Part shown: positions 25,044 to 38,044 of the stretch, piece after piece
How positions within the stretch are numbered: position 1 is the stretch's first letter
How the letters are laid out: the number at the start of each line of letters is the position of its first letter
Assembly: GCA_963514005.1 (NCBI GenBank)
Contig: OY740808.1
Coordinates: 13,144,001 to 13,208,000 of the forward strand
Origin: Raja brachyura
Lineage: Eukaryota
Length of the DNA: 64,000 bases
Direction of reading: 5' to 3'
Translations under genes and position numbers: made by a program
The notes under the pieces: generated by a model
Database searches by the model: none
What the model was told of the DNA's origin: nothing
Seen by the model: only the letters and a program-made list of their open reading frames with translations

Positions 25044-28000
25044 ACTCAGAAACCCATTGAGGAGAATGAATATGTGAGCGTGGAGGGAGGAGGTTGTTAG
25101 TGAACAGCAAAACCAACAAAAGCTATAAAATAATCAGATTCCTGTAAACAAAGAATATGATAAAATGTTGCAATTGCTATCTGCTAGCATAACAAAAGCA
25201 CATTTATATTTGTTAGCATTCTCTTATGATTACTGCAAATATCAAGAATACAGAAACTTAATTAGAGGTTGCGGACTGTAAAATGAAACTTTTGTAAGCA
25301 CCCTTTGATCTGACTTCCACTGTTCTACGGACGTCCATCACTGCACCAAACCAGTCCGGTCATGTATTATTCATAAAATCTTCAACAGGATCTCACCCAT
25401 GTCCTCTTTTGTAAAATTCAGAATGACATTCTGACTTTAAGTACAGCACATTGAGTTAGAAAGAATAATTCTTGCATGTGGATATGCAGTGCATTCTGGT
25501 GCATTCAAAAGGCTGACCTTGTGATAGTGATAGTGATACAGTGATAGGTCACTCATTTATTGTACTTGTAGATATTTCAGGCTTTGGTATATTATTTCCA
25601 ATCAGCCTCACCTGAAACTAAGACTTTATTATTTTGCCGTGTAATACACTGAAAAGATTATAGGACATGATAATTCTGCTTAATTTCCATCCATGCATTA
25701 AATACAAAAAGTAAAGCCATATCTATTCTTCTATACTCCTGGGATGAACATGTGCCAACGATAACAAATAGAGCTCCACTTTGAGCAGTTACAGCAAGTT
25801 CCCGCAAGTACTGTCAAATGTGCATCCATTTAACTACTAATCAGATGCAGAGCAGTAAGGCAGTGGGATATATTTTTCTTTCTGCTGCAAATTCCCAATG
25901 AGTGCTTCATTTTGAGGCTTGCTAACTGTCTTGAAATCCACAAACCTATAAACAGAAAAAAAGGGAAACATTCCCCTGTATATTTTAATCTCTACAACTT
26001 CATCACTGTGTATTTTCATCACTACAAGACATCACTACAACAGGTATCGGGAAAAAATATATATTTCTGAACATATTATGTTCCATCCAACATATCTTTG
26101 CCTACTTGCTATAAATCAGTTTCATCAAAACGGATGTTGTTTGAAGTGGGACCCACATCCAGAATTCATAGAAGCCCCAGCCCATCAGTTCACTCATCTT
26201 ATGATGAATGAAAACCGCACTTGGGGCTGTGCTTCAAAAAGCTATCTTTGACTTTCACATTGGTTTTCTCACAACCCAGATTCCTCATGTTAGAACCTGG
26301 AAGCTAAAAACAGCAATTTCTCTGAGTTGCAGATAGTTGCTTGTAATAGGTTATATTTTAGATTTATGTTCTGATAATAGTCTAATTCGAGCAAAATCAA
26401 AACAGTTGACCATTCAATCACTGACGTGTGGTAAATTGTGATTAATTCATTTCCATTTATCTACCTCTATATCATCTCTCCTGATACCCATGCCTAACAA
26501 AGCCCTATCAGTCCCAGTCTGGAAATGTTCAATTATCTAGGTTAGAGGACCAATTTATTTTTGTTGGTAATGTTGCAATTCTTTATTATCCTTTTTGTGT
26601 GAAAGAGGTTTCCGATTTCAGTCCCAAATGTCTCGGGTCTCATTTTCTGCATTTATTGACTGGATTTTTCCACCAATCAAAAAGTTGTAATTTCTGTAAT
26701 ATTTATATTGAACCTTTTGAATATTTTAAAGACCTTAATTTCATTATCACCAATCTAAACGTGGAGGATTGCAAACCATTTATGCAAAATGTACTTGTGA
26801 TTTATTCCTTTTAAACCTTTGTATCATGAGAAGATGGACTCATGCTGTTGCATGATATTGACAAGAAGAGGTATAAAAAGGTTACGAGGGTTGGGAATGG
26901 ACCTTTGGGAGTATAGCAGATGGGTCAATGGGCGTCATTCACACAGTGTGATGGGTAGGAGGGAACAGTGTCACAACATTGCAGCATTGCTTTAAGAGCA
27001 CTGCTTTTAGAGGCTTCAGTTTGCTTTTAGAATGTATGATGTTCACAGTACAGCTTTGTTTAGAAACTGTGTATGTTCATTGGTACCACCTTCACTTTTC
27101 CCACTTAATCCATCAGTAAACAAAACCAAAATTTCCTGTGATACGCTTAGTTTAGATAATGCATTAAATATTCTAAATTGTTTCAATAAATCTCAGTTTT
27201 TTTTAATTGCATGCTTCCACGATTTTTTTTTTCTTTTCTTTTCCTCACTACATTCATACTACATATTCTTTCCTTTTTGCTGCTTCTGTCTCCTGCCCCG
27301 TTTATATTTTCTGCTTTCCTTGCATCCCTCATCTTTGTCCCTCATTATTCCTTCCTCTACCCTTGCCCACATCATTCCCTCCCCAGGTTCCTCCTCACCC
27401 AGGCCAGTTGTGTGGCTTGTCTCCATGCAAACTATAACATTTTCTTGTGCAAATGATAACATTTTCATCATTCAGTCACTTTGGAAACGATCAAGTTAGG
27501 ATAAAATTGAAGCTCAAGACATACTATACTGCACTAACTGTCTATAGCATCATGTGGTAATGACAGACTCCTAGATGTAGGATTTTTATTTTTCAGTTGC
27601 ATGGTGGCACATGGTGGCTCCCTGAAAAACAAGTTAATTGACATTGTGGTTCAAAAATATCTAGAAAGCATTCGGATTAGATTTTCCCTTCTTCTACAAC
27701 TAATTTAAATACGTAACACAATACTACTAATTGCATAAAGTGTTCACCTTAATCCATTCAAGAAGTTACATGATGAAAGAATATTGGCATTGTTAGCCAA
27801 GCACAGCAATTAATGACTATCAGTAAACCGACAGAAGGTACAAGTCATGATGTGAGGATAACCAATGACAGGAGGTTTTATGGGGCTACATGTCCAACAT
27901 TGCTTGCTCCTTCCCTGCATGCAATGCTTTTGCTATCTTGTTTGAAGTACAGCAGACTAAAATGTTGTTTTCTGAAATTAATCTAACCATTTTTGAAACT

Positions 28001-28453
28001 ATTAAATTATATAAAATCATAATTGCACCCATTACCATTGCAATTGTTTCCTGTTGCCTTTGATAGGCCTTTATTGAAAAGAATGTTGCCTTCCTTTAAG
28101 AGAATATATTGATCTTAAGATCTGATCAGCAATCTGTGCTGAATGTATTTAATTCCACCATGAACAAAAAATAATAACATTGAAGCCCAAATTAAGCCTC
28201 TTGATCACCTTCTATAAGCTCCAAACACCTACCTCACCCCGAAAATCCATAATATTGTTATTCAATTAGAAGGGAATCACAATATCCAGTTTCCGGCTAC
28301 CATACTTTTAGCAGATAACCAAACTTTATCAATATGATTTCCATATTTGCATTCTTAATATGCTTTTCATCTTGTTAAGATAAATTAAGCTCCTCTTTGT
28401 GAAATTGTTGATTAGATTGAATGTTATAATTTCATCTCGACTTTCCTTCGCAG

Positions 28454-28560
28454 CTGCAATTGATGATGACCAGGTTCGTTACCGCTATGTCAAAAAGAAA
28501 GGATATGTCCGTCTCCACACAACCAAAGGGGATCTGAACTTGGAGTTGCATTGTGAAATG
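28454..28560 (+). CDS. PPIL2: PPIL2 exon, start of cyclophilin domain (AAIDDDQVRYRYVKKKGYVRLHTTKGDLNLELHCEM)
   Basis: ccttcgcag| acceptor, |gtttgt donor, 107 nt phase 1-0; KKKGYVRLHTxKGDLNLELHC is the PPIL2 signature. Confidence 0.97.
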
Positions 28561-28594
28561 GTTTGTACAGTATTTAGCTTCCACAATAATTACT

Positions 28595-28675
28595 TGTAAC
28601 TCAGTATGTCAGTCAACATCTCTGGGGAAAATGGATAGGTGGTGTTTCAGGTCAGGACCCTTCTTCAGACTGATT
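28595..28675 (-). mobile_element. Degenerate PLE terminal-repeat fragment just downstream of a PPIL2 exon
   Basis: rc ctgaagaagggtcctgacctgaaacacc (28641-28668) plus flanking similarity to the 17936 copy. Confidence 0.6.
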
Positions 28676-31600
28676 GTAGTTTGGAGAATGAAAGGCGTAG
28701 TTAGTGGTTTGAGAAATACAAAGGAAAGAACTTGCAATTCTTTGTTATCTTTTAAAATGTTTGCGTAAATCCGAGCACTTTATGGACATTGATGATTGTT
28801 TTCAATGCACATTCTGTTAGAATGGTCTGGGTGTTGTGATCTGTGGGGAATGAACCATGCTACTTGTTTTCTTTGCGCTTTTGCACTAAAACTTGCAGCG
28901 TTTAGAAATCCATTTCAGCGCTGTGTCCTCTCCAGATGGGGCGAGCAAACATGCCTCTCCATGACAACACACAAATCCTATGAGACATGCAGAATGTGAA
29001 TGAGAAACTACAGGCAAGAATATTTAATCATTCAGTATATTCCATTGCGTATGTGCAAATTCAGAGTCCAAGCTACGAATCATCATCAATTCATTCATTG
29101 AAGCATATGGGAGAATTGTCTTCCCACCTTACATTTACATAACAAAGGTCCACCACCAATTTGCCCAGGTTGAAGGCAAGTCCACCCAAAGTATTATTAT
29201 AGGGGAAAAAAGGTTATTCAGTGGCAAATATTGGGCATAAAGTGAAGTAAATAATGAAATTGAGAGAGATGAATTAGATTCTATTTTTGTGATTTCTGAT
29301 AGTCATAATCTGAAGTATCAATAAGTCATATTTGTTAAGTTTCCGGATCTGAAAGGTTATTTGAAAACAATTAAAACACAATGAGCTACTAATGACTAAG
29401 CACAGTAAGCACTCACTGTTAACTCCAAATTCTGGGCTTTTGCAGCAACACGCGTTACGCTATTTATTCACAGCGGGGCCTTATAACCATCGTTGCAGTA
29501 AATGTTCAGATAATTAGTCTTTTTGTTGGTAATGCTACATGAAATGTAAAAACTGTTTCTGGCCCTGGAGAGATTTATCGTTTTCACAATTAAAAGTGCC
29601 ATGTTATCATTTACATCTGTCTGTGAGGGAGAAACAGGCTTGCCTCATCAAAGTACTGCCATTTGTTGCAGCACAGCCTCAGCATGGAACTTGAATGTCA
29701 GTCTGGAATTTGGGCTTGCATCTCTCGAGTAGAGTTTGAACCCAGAATCTACTGACTTGGACGACAGTAGGGTTGAAAATACAATGTTCAACAAATCTAG
29801 AGGAAAGAATGGAGAAGAACCAAGATCTTAGCAGTTTGAACTTTTCACTGATGCGGGCAGGGGATGATTAGAAACACGTAAATGCCAGTAATTTGGAGTC
29901 ATTATTAGTAACTTTCTCCCCTACCTAGTTTTCTTACTGTTGCCTCGAAGGCAAGGACTGTGCTGTGCAATATTTCTATCATCATTGACTGCCTTCCAAT
30001 ACTTTGGTCAATTAACTGTTCATTTTGCAGCCAATACAGTCAGTGTTGGCATGGTATTTAACACTGGAGAAATTTGCAAAGGCAGACCAGTACTGTTATT
30101 GCTTGATATTTAAAGGTGCATTTCCATAAAATATTATTAGATGGCGATGGAAGAGAAAAAATGGCAAAGTCCCTCACACCAATTATTTGGAGGTTGCCTT
30201 AGGCCAAAACTTTAATTGCCCAACAGTATTAACAATGTTGAAAACCTAAAATCTGCAAGTGTTCAAAATCCTGAAATATTAATTCTGTTTCTCTTTATAT
30301 ATGAATACGAATAAAACAACAACATTGTTGTGAAAGCCAGATGGTGCAAGTCTTCTCAGCATGGACCAATTTCAATGAATAAATGAAAATAATTTTAAAG
30401 AACAAAGTTCCAGCTGTGCTTCACCACCAGCACCAAATGTAGATCATGGCTCTAACTTGGGAATTTCTGTCACACAACTGTGTTTGTATCAGAGCAGGGG
30501 GGGTGTAGGAATACTAGGGATTGCAAGAAATATATTAAATCTTTAACTTGTTTTCAGTTTATTTCATTATGTATCATCACTCCTTTGCAGCATGAGTTAA
30601 GTTCATGGACTTCATAGACCTTTGTGCATGACATTTCTACTGCAGACATATTTAAACACGTGTGTCTATAAGTTTGTACTGTTTACCCTTTGCCTTGTAG
30701 AAAGTCCAAAACCCTTTTCAAACGCTTTTCACTTTATTGGCCACCAGGGGATGCACTAAGCTAGTAAAGACACATACATCTGCTTCTCCAGAATGGACAA
30801 TGGCACCTGAACTAGTAACTAGTGTCATGTTGCTAATCCCCAAAGGAATGCACTTCAAATTATTAATGCATGTTCCAAGACTGCTCTACTGTGAACCTGA
30901 GCCTAAAGAGGATAACTGCTTATCATGTTCCTAAACCTTCCCATGTGACGCATACTATTTCAGGAGCATCTGGAGCAGAGATATTTAAGTACTTATTCCA
31001 CTTTGAGACAAGGGCGTGATCGGCAGTAGGAATGTGTGCTGCCCATGAACATGGTGAGAAGATTCTGGGGCAAAACAGCCCCAGCCTTTAACCAACATGA
31101 AAGCATAAAAAAACTACATTGATAATCCGTTAAATAATCTTGATCACATCTTTGGTATTTCATATGTCAGTATAGCTCTCTACTAGAGGCTCACTAAAAG
31201 TTATAGAGAGCCTTTGAGTGTAATGATAATCAAGTAAATCCCTCCTTTTGGTTTAAATATCATTGTTCAAACCATAAATGTAACTTCTTTGGGTTGTTTT
31301 CAGTGCAGTGGTACATTATGGCACTCTGTATTTTATTATAAATGAACAATTTCAACTTGGTCTTCCCCATTTCTGGTAATGCTGTTTAATTGTAAGAGGG
31401 GAGGGGTGAAGTTTTCTCCGATGGGAGTGGGTTATGTGCAAATGAAAGGGTTCAGTTTCAAGTTGGTAATTAACCTTTTAGTAATTAGACAGTTCTGAGT
31501 CTTCTTTTGAAGGCTTGTATCATGCTTCATGAATCTTTCAGAAGAAGTTTTTGTCAGCTCGGCTTCCTTAATGAACCTCATCATACTCTTAAGTCTGTAA

Positions 31601-32666
31601 AAATGGGATTTAACTGATTTTCCTTCAGCCTGCAACTGCAGCTGTCTTCATTGTTCCACAGCATTGTTTATGTCACCGAGATATCTTATTAAGGTTTGAG
31701 TTTTGATGGTTCTCATTTAATGAGCCTCGTGAACAAATATTGATTGGTCATGGGAGTTTTTGCTATCTTCTGTTGTAACAGAGCTTCACCTCCACCCTGT
31801 AGAATCAGGGAAGCCATTCAGACCCATAAATTCTAAAAGCTGGCAGGATTATGAAGCTGATCCACAGGAGACCAATTATACTGTTGTTTTAATTCATTTA
31901 CAATTTGGCTATTAACATTAAACCTTCATTCACAGAAGAGGATAATGTTACTGAGTTCCTCCCTTTCCTTGACGCATCTTTCACAGAAATTGGAAGGTGG
32001 TGCATTCCAGACATTCTGTGAAAGGAAGCACATTATTGCCACTGTTCTGTCTTGTCTCGTTGAGCAAAACAATTGTTTCACATCCACTGATTAAAACTTT
32101 AATTTTCTTGAAAATAGGCGCCTAAAGAAATAGTTTTGCATCAATCAGGAACAATTGGAACCTTGAAATTAACTTGACGGAATGCAAGCACATTTTTTGT
32201 AATATTTCTTAATTCAACCTTTCAAGCCCAATATCATTCTTGTGCATATGTGCTCGACATCCAAGGATGTTGTTTAGTTTATTTTGGAGGTATAACATTG
32301 AAACGTGCCCTTCAGCCCTTGACTCCACACTGACCATCAACCACCCTTCAACAATAGTTCCATGTTATCTTACTTTCCTCTCCTTTCCTTACACATTTGA
32401 GGCAACTTTACAGAGCCCAATTAACCTGAAAACCTTTGGGATATGGGAGTGTAATATGTTACACAAGGGAGATTCAGCATTTTTGAGGTGCAGTATGCAA
32501 AACAAATTAAAAAAATCAACAGTTAGAGGCCAAGCAAAGCACTGTTCGACCCGAGCATAAGCTTCTCAGGTTCTTCCTTCCAACATTCATGTTCACATTT
32601 TTGAATATATTTTATACATGTACACTTTTTTCAGTGCTTTGATCACAGTAAGTACCTAATCACTGT

Positions 32667-33605
32667 TTAAGAAAGAACAGCAGATGCTGGAAAAATCGAA
32701 GGTGGACAAAAATGCTGGAGAAACTCAGTGGGTGAGGCAACATCTATGGAGCGAAGGAATAGGCAACATTTTGGGTTGAGACCCTTCTTCAGACTGATGT
32801 TGAGGGGGTGGGGGTGGGAAAAAGAAAGGAAGAGATGGAGACAGTAGGCTGTGGGAGATGCGAAGGGGAGGGGAAGGAGGGAGAAAGCAAGGACTAACTG
32901 AAACTGGAGAAGTCAATGTTCATACTGCCTGGGTGTAAATTACCCAAGCAAAATATGAGGCGCTGCTCCTCCAATTTGCGGTGGGACTCACTGTGGCCAT
33001 GGAGGAGGCCCAGGACAGAAAGGTCGGATTCGGAATGGGAAGGGGAGTTGAAGTGCTGAGCCACCGGGAGATCAGGTTGGTTAATACGAACTGAGCTGAG
33101 GTGTTGGGCGAAGTGATTGCCAAGCCTGCGCACCGATGTAGAGCAATTGACACCTGGAACAGCGGATGCAATAGATGAGGCTGGAGGAGGTGCAGGTGAA
33201 CCTCTGCCTCACCTGGAAAGACTGCTTGGGTCCTTGGATGGAGTCGAGGGGGGAGGTAAAGTGACAAATGTTAGCATTTCCTGCAATTGCAAGGGAAAGT
33301 ACCAGGGGAAGGGGTGGTTTGGGTGGGAAGGGATGAATTGACCAGGGAGTTACGGAGGCAGCAGTTTCTGCAGAAGGCTGACGGGAGGAGATTTAGCCAG
33401 TGGTGGGATCCCGTTGGAAATGGCAAAAATGTCAAAGGATTATATTTTGTATGTGATGGCTGGTAGGGTGGAAGGTGAGGACAAGGGGGACTTGTTACGA
33501 GTGGGGGGATAGGGAGTGAGAGCGGAGCTACGGGATATAGAGGAGACCCTGGTGAGAGCCTCATCTATAGTCGAAGAGGGGAACCCCCGTCCCCTAAAGA
33601 ATGAC
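32667..33605 (-). mobile_element. 5'-truncated Neptune-like PLE (Cys linker, GIY-YIG, terminal repeat with tail)
   Basis: GTFPCNCRKC..., RRLGNHFAQHL...DLPVAQHFNSPSHSESDLSVLGL...RKLEEQRLIF.LG.LHP; terminal repeat 32667-32795 with decayed HHR core. Confidence 0.88.
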
Positions 33606-33939
33606 TTAAAATCATTTCACTGTGTAGCTTCTGGTCTCATGCTATTAAGAAAATAATTTGATTTTTTGGATCAAAGCAGATGTTCTCATAGTTCCTTTAT
33701 TTAATGCTATTTTGCTCAATAGATATCCCTTTGTAATTACTTTCTTTAATCCAAACGACATTGAAACAGATGGCGAAAGGAAGCATAAACAAATTAGAAA
33801 CATTGACTGGGATGCATCATATTTCACTGCCTTGACTTCCTGTTCTGAGAAATATCAGTGTTAGCTACAGTACGTGCTCCCTGAGTTAAAAGAGTATTTT
33901 TCATTTAGAGATTTATCCTGGATTGCCACTATAGAGTGC

Positions 33940-34260
33940 AGCTACCTTTAGAGTGCAGCATCCAGAATTCTGGATTGTTAATCCAGAGGCTTGAGTTTAA
34001 ATCTCACCATTGTATTTGCAGGAATACTCAAATGCTCGGAATAAAATCTACAATTAGGAAAATAAACTGGCTGCTGAAATGGTAGCTATGAAACCACTAG
34101 GTTATTATAAAAATCCACTCTGTTCACTTCAGGAATGGAAATCAGCCATTATTTTGTCTGGCCAACATGTGATTCGAACAACCTTCTCAGTTCAGGAGCG
34201 CGTAGGGACTGACAATACTGGCATTGCCAATGACCACATCTTGTAAAGAAATTATGAACA
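33940..34260 (+). mobile_element. Degenerate SINE-like repeat (paralogous to 52980-53300 on the - strand)
   Basis: aatccagagg...tttaaatctcaccat...aaaatccactctgttcac...ggcattgccaatgaccacatc matches the reverse complement of 52980-53300. Confidence 0.5.
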
Positions 34261-34859
34261 AGTGTACCTATGAGAGAGTGCTGTCATTTGGAGACAGCAA
34301 TGCACAATTTCCCTTCTTGGTCAATGTAAAAATGTATGGCAATATTTATATGATACTATGTCCCCTTCCAAGATTTCTCCCTTGACCAACACATTGAAAC
34401 AGATGACCTGATTATTTTAGTATTTTTGAAATGTTCCTTTATTCAAATTCACATTTTTTATCAGTACCATGACCATTAGTGTGTAGGAAGACACTGCATT
34501 TACAGTACATGGAAAATGAAGATTGCTTCTGCTTCACAACAGAACAGTAAAAGGGCACATGTAAAGTGAATAGGCAAAAGTGCATAAAGAAGAGATATAC
34601 GTGCTTGCCCAAAAATCTCAACCAGTTCCAACATATTGGAAGGTGATGCCTTCAGTAACACACTTGTTTAATAAAGTACGAGGAGATAAAATAGGGAAAC
34701 GTAGAGCAATTGACGTCAGTTGTTATGCAAATTACTAGAATCCATTGTGATTCTTTGGTAACAAGATTCTGAGAAAATTCTAATTGATGACTCTTTTATG
34801 AAGAACAAATTGTTTGACAAATTTAATAGATTTTGAGGAAGTAATTATTTGCTATTCGA

Positions 34860-35335
34860 CAGGGAACCTGAATTTCAACCCCACCGCCAGTCACATATTC
34901 CCATCCCCTCTCCTTTCTGCCTTCAGCAGAGACTCTCTACGATTTCTTGTATCACTCATCCCTTCCGACCCAAATCAATTCCTCCACCCTCCCCCCCCAG
35001 TACTTTCCCCAGCAACCTCAGGAAATGTAAAACCTGTCCCTATACCTCCTTCCTCATGTCCATCCAGGTATGACAGAAGTTCATGTAAGCCTCTTCTAAC
35101 CTTATCTGCTGCATTCAGTATTCCCATTGTGGTTTCCGGTACATCGGCAAGACGAAGTGTAGACTAGGACACCGTATCAATGAACATTAACTCTGCCGGC
35201 CAAGGTCTGTTGGATCTCCCAGTTGCTAACCATTTTAACTACTCTTCCATTTCCCATACTGACCTTTCAGTCCTGGGGCTCCTCCATTTCCAGAATGAGG
35301 TCGCACTGGTGGAGCAGCACTTCATGTTCCGGTAA
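34860..35335 (+). mobile_element. Neptune-like PLE GIY-YIG fragment; its 3' part appears to continue at ~37490-37860
   Basis: FPSNLRKCKTCPYT, YIGKTKCRLG, DLPVANHFNYSSISHTDLSVLGL; decayed terminal repeat at ~37765-37850. Confidence 0.75.
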
Positions 35336-35346
35336 CTAATGTTTAG

Positions 35347-37478
35347 GTAACTAAGTAAGTAAGTAAGTTTATTGGCCAAGTATTCACATACAAGGAATTT
35401 GCCTTGGTGCTCCGCCCACAAGTAACAACATGACGTACAGTGACAGTTACGAATGACTCAGAAAACACTAAACATTAATAATAATAAAATATTAATGTTA
35501 AAACACCATTGATCAAGCATGTGAACCAACAAAATACCAGATCAAAGGGAGGCTACAGATTTTTGGCTGTTGAGTAGAGCAACTACTCGTGGATAAAAAC
35601 TGTTTTTATGTCTGGCTGTGGCAGCTTTGACAATCCGCAGTCGCCTTCCAGAGGGAAGTGATTCAAAGAGTTTGTGGCCAGGGTGAGAGGGGTCAGAGAT
35701 GATCTTGCCCGCTCGCTTCCTGGCCCTTGCAGTGTACAGTTCATCAGTGGAGGGAAGGTTGCTGCTAATAACCTTCTCTGCTGATCGGACGATTCACTAC
35801 AGCATCCAGGTGTCGTGCTTGGTGGCTGAGCCAAACCAGACCATGATGGAGAAGGTGGGAAAAGACTCTACGATGGCCGTGTAGAGTTGGACCATCATTG
35901 CCTGTGGCAGATTGTGCATCCTCAGCTGCCGTAGGAAGTACATCCTATGTTGTGCCTTTTTGACTGTGGAGTCGATGGTAGCCCCCCACTTAAGGTAGCA
36001 ATGTTACAAAATTTTGAGATTTAAAAAATCAAGTCTGCAATTTATCCCATCAGATAAAGCATAAAAAGAAGTTTAATTTGACACCTAATTTACTTTCATA
36101 TCTTCAGTATTAAGAAAGTTATGGCCATTTTCATACTCGGAAATTAGCAGTTTGTTCCCCATTGCCTTTCAATTGACTTAACTCAACAGCTGTGATCTGG
36201 AAAAGTCAAAAGCCCATAACTTTCTTAAAAATTAAGAGAACTCAATGAAATTTTCAGTTATTATAGATTGAAGCATTCTGAAACAAATATGAAACAATCT
36301 TACTTGGATGACCTGAAATTAAAGCATATAATTAGTTAGTTATCTAATTGTAGCTAATTACAAAATTCAATGAGTAGATCTAAACATCTATCCATTTCTT
36401 AAGAAAAGATAAACTTTTTTTAAATTGCCTAAGTGTCCAAATAACATTCACATAATAATCCACAATATAACATAATTTTTAAATCTCATTTTTATGAATT
36501 TCTGGGCCAAATGGAAGGAATTTAGTGTTCAATGCCTGTAAATTAATGGCCATTTAAATCAACTAGTGAGTGGGTTTTAGTGGAATGCGGTGGATTGGAA
36601 CGTTGCGGTTAGCGGTGAAGTCGGGGGGGAAAATACTGTTTGTTCATAGATTTTTTGGGACCCCATTTCGCAACATAAAAATATTATTAAAGCCTCCTGA
36701 AAAAACAACTTTTAATATAAAAATAAACTATTTACCTTTTTTTCTCCCCTACGGAAAATCCTTCCGGTTGTTGGTTCTCACGGCTTTTGAAGGTGATTTT
36801 TAAATTACTCTAGTTAACAAATAATTTAGAGTAATTTAAAAATACCTTCATGAGTGTAAAGTCGGAACGATTTTTCTTCCCCGACGAAATCGCCCGACAT
36901 TGATCGATTTTCCAGGTCTGTTGAAAATCGGCACTTTAAGCCCGCCCCCCTCTGAAAGGCGCCAAAGTCGCGCACACGGGGAGCGGCAGAACTGCAGCGC
37001 TGCTCAAGGTAAGTTTTGCAACATACCTACTTAAGGTCCTTGGAGATGATGGTTCCCAGGAACTTAAAAGACTCCACAGATGTGATTGTGGTGTTGTTGA
37101 TGGTGAGTGGGGTGAGGGGAGGGGGAGCTCTCCTAAAGTCTACAATCAATTCCACTGTCTTAAGAGCATTGAGCTCTAGGTTGTTGCTACAGCACCAAGA
37201 CGCCAGCTGCGACACTTCCTGTCTAGGCAGATTCCTCCCCATCCTGGATCAGTCCAATCAGGGTTGTGTCGTCCACAAACTTGAGAAGCTTGACAGAGGT
37301 GTCTGTGGAGGTGCAGCCGTTGGTGTAGAGAGAGTAGAGGATAGGAGAGAGTATGCAGCCTTGTGGTGCTCCTATGCTGAGCGTTTGCGGGTCCGAGATG
37401 TGCTTTCCCAGCCTCACATGCTGCTTCCTGTCTGTCAGGAAGTTGGTGATCCACTGACAGAGGGGCTCAGGCACAGTC
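35347..37478 (-). mobile_element. 5'-truncated Rex1/Babar-type LINE (RT C-terminus), interrupted by the 1.03-kb TIR element
   Basis: LCQWITNFLTDRKQHVRLG...GAPQGCILSPILYSLYT...KFVDDTT...WCCSNNLELNALKTVELIVDFRR...FKFLG; aataaa followed by (CTTA)n tail. Confidence 0.85.
35996..37029. mobile_element. Non-autonomous DNA transposon (~1034 bp), copy 1, superfamily unassigned
   Basis: Imperfect 16-bp TIR TAGCAATGTTACAAAA / TTTTGCAACATACCTA; 7-bp TSD cttaagg (35989-35995, 37030-37036); second copy at 54516-55547. Confidence 0.88.
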
Positions 37479-38044
37479 TAATCCTCAACTAATCTACAAA
37501 TGACCCCTCCCCCTTTCTCCCCTCTCTTCCCTGTGCCCCACTTGGATTTACACCCTCTACCCATTCCATTCACCCTCTTTCCTCTGGCTTCACAATTCGC
37601 ACCCCATCTATCCTTATCTCACACTTGTCTTTTCATCTCTGGCCTTTGTCCAGCCATCTGTCTTATCAAAACCCTCCTCAGTCATATCCACATATTACTT
37701 GCCAGGTTTTGTCCTGCCCCAACTTCTCTTCCAGCTTGCTATCCCTCGCATCCTCCCACCACAATCAGTCAGAGCATCCCGACCCAAAATGTCACGTATC
37801 CATCTTCTCCAGAGGTACTGCCTGACCCTATGAGTTGCATCAGCATTTTGTCTCATTTTTAATTGCAACGTTGGAATACTTAAGTGATTGTCTAAAGGAT
37901 AGAAAATAGGGTAACAATGAACAGTCCCACAAGTGAGCTACATGAGATATTAGAAGGGATTGATTAGCGCAGATGAGCTCATAACCAGAGGTAAAGGGAT
38001 TACCTATTCGGCCAAATGAGGGAACATTTGCTCAGAATGTTATA

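Noticed and set aside
27032-27499. 155-aa ORF and overlapping ORFs
   Set aside because: Low-complexity pyrimidine-rich intronic sequence that lacks stops by composition; no motif.
28399-28599. 66-aa ORF as a stand-alone small protein
   Set aside because: It is the PPIL2 exon 28454-28560 plus intronic read-through.
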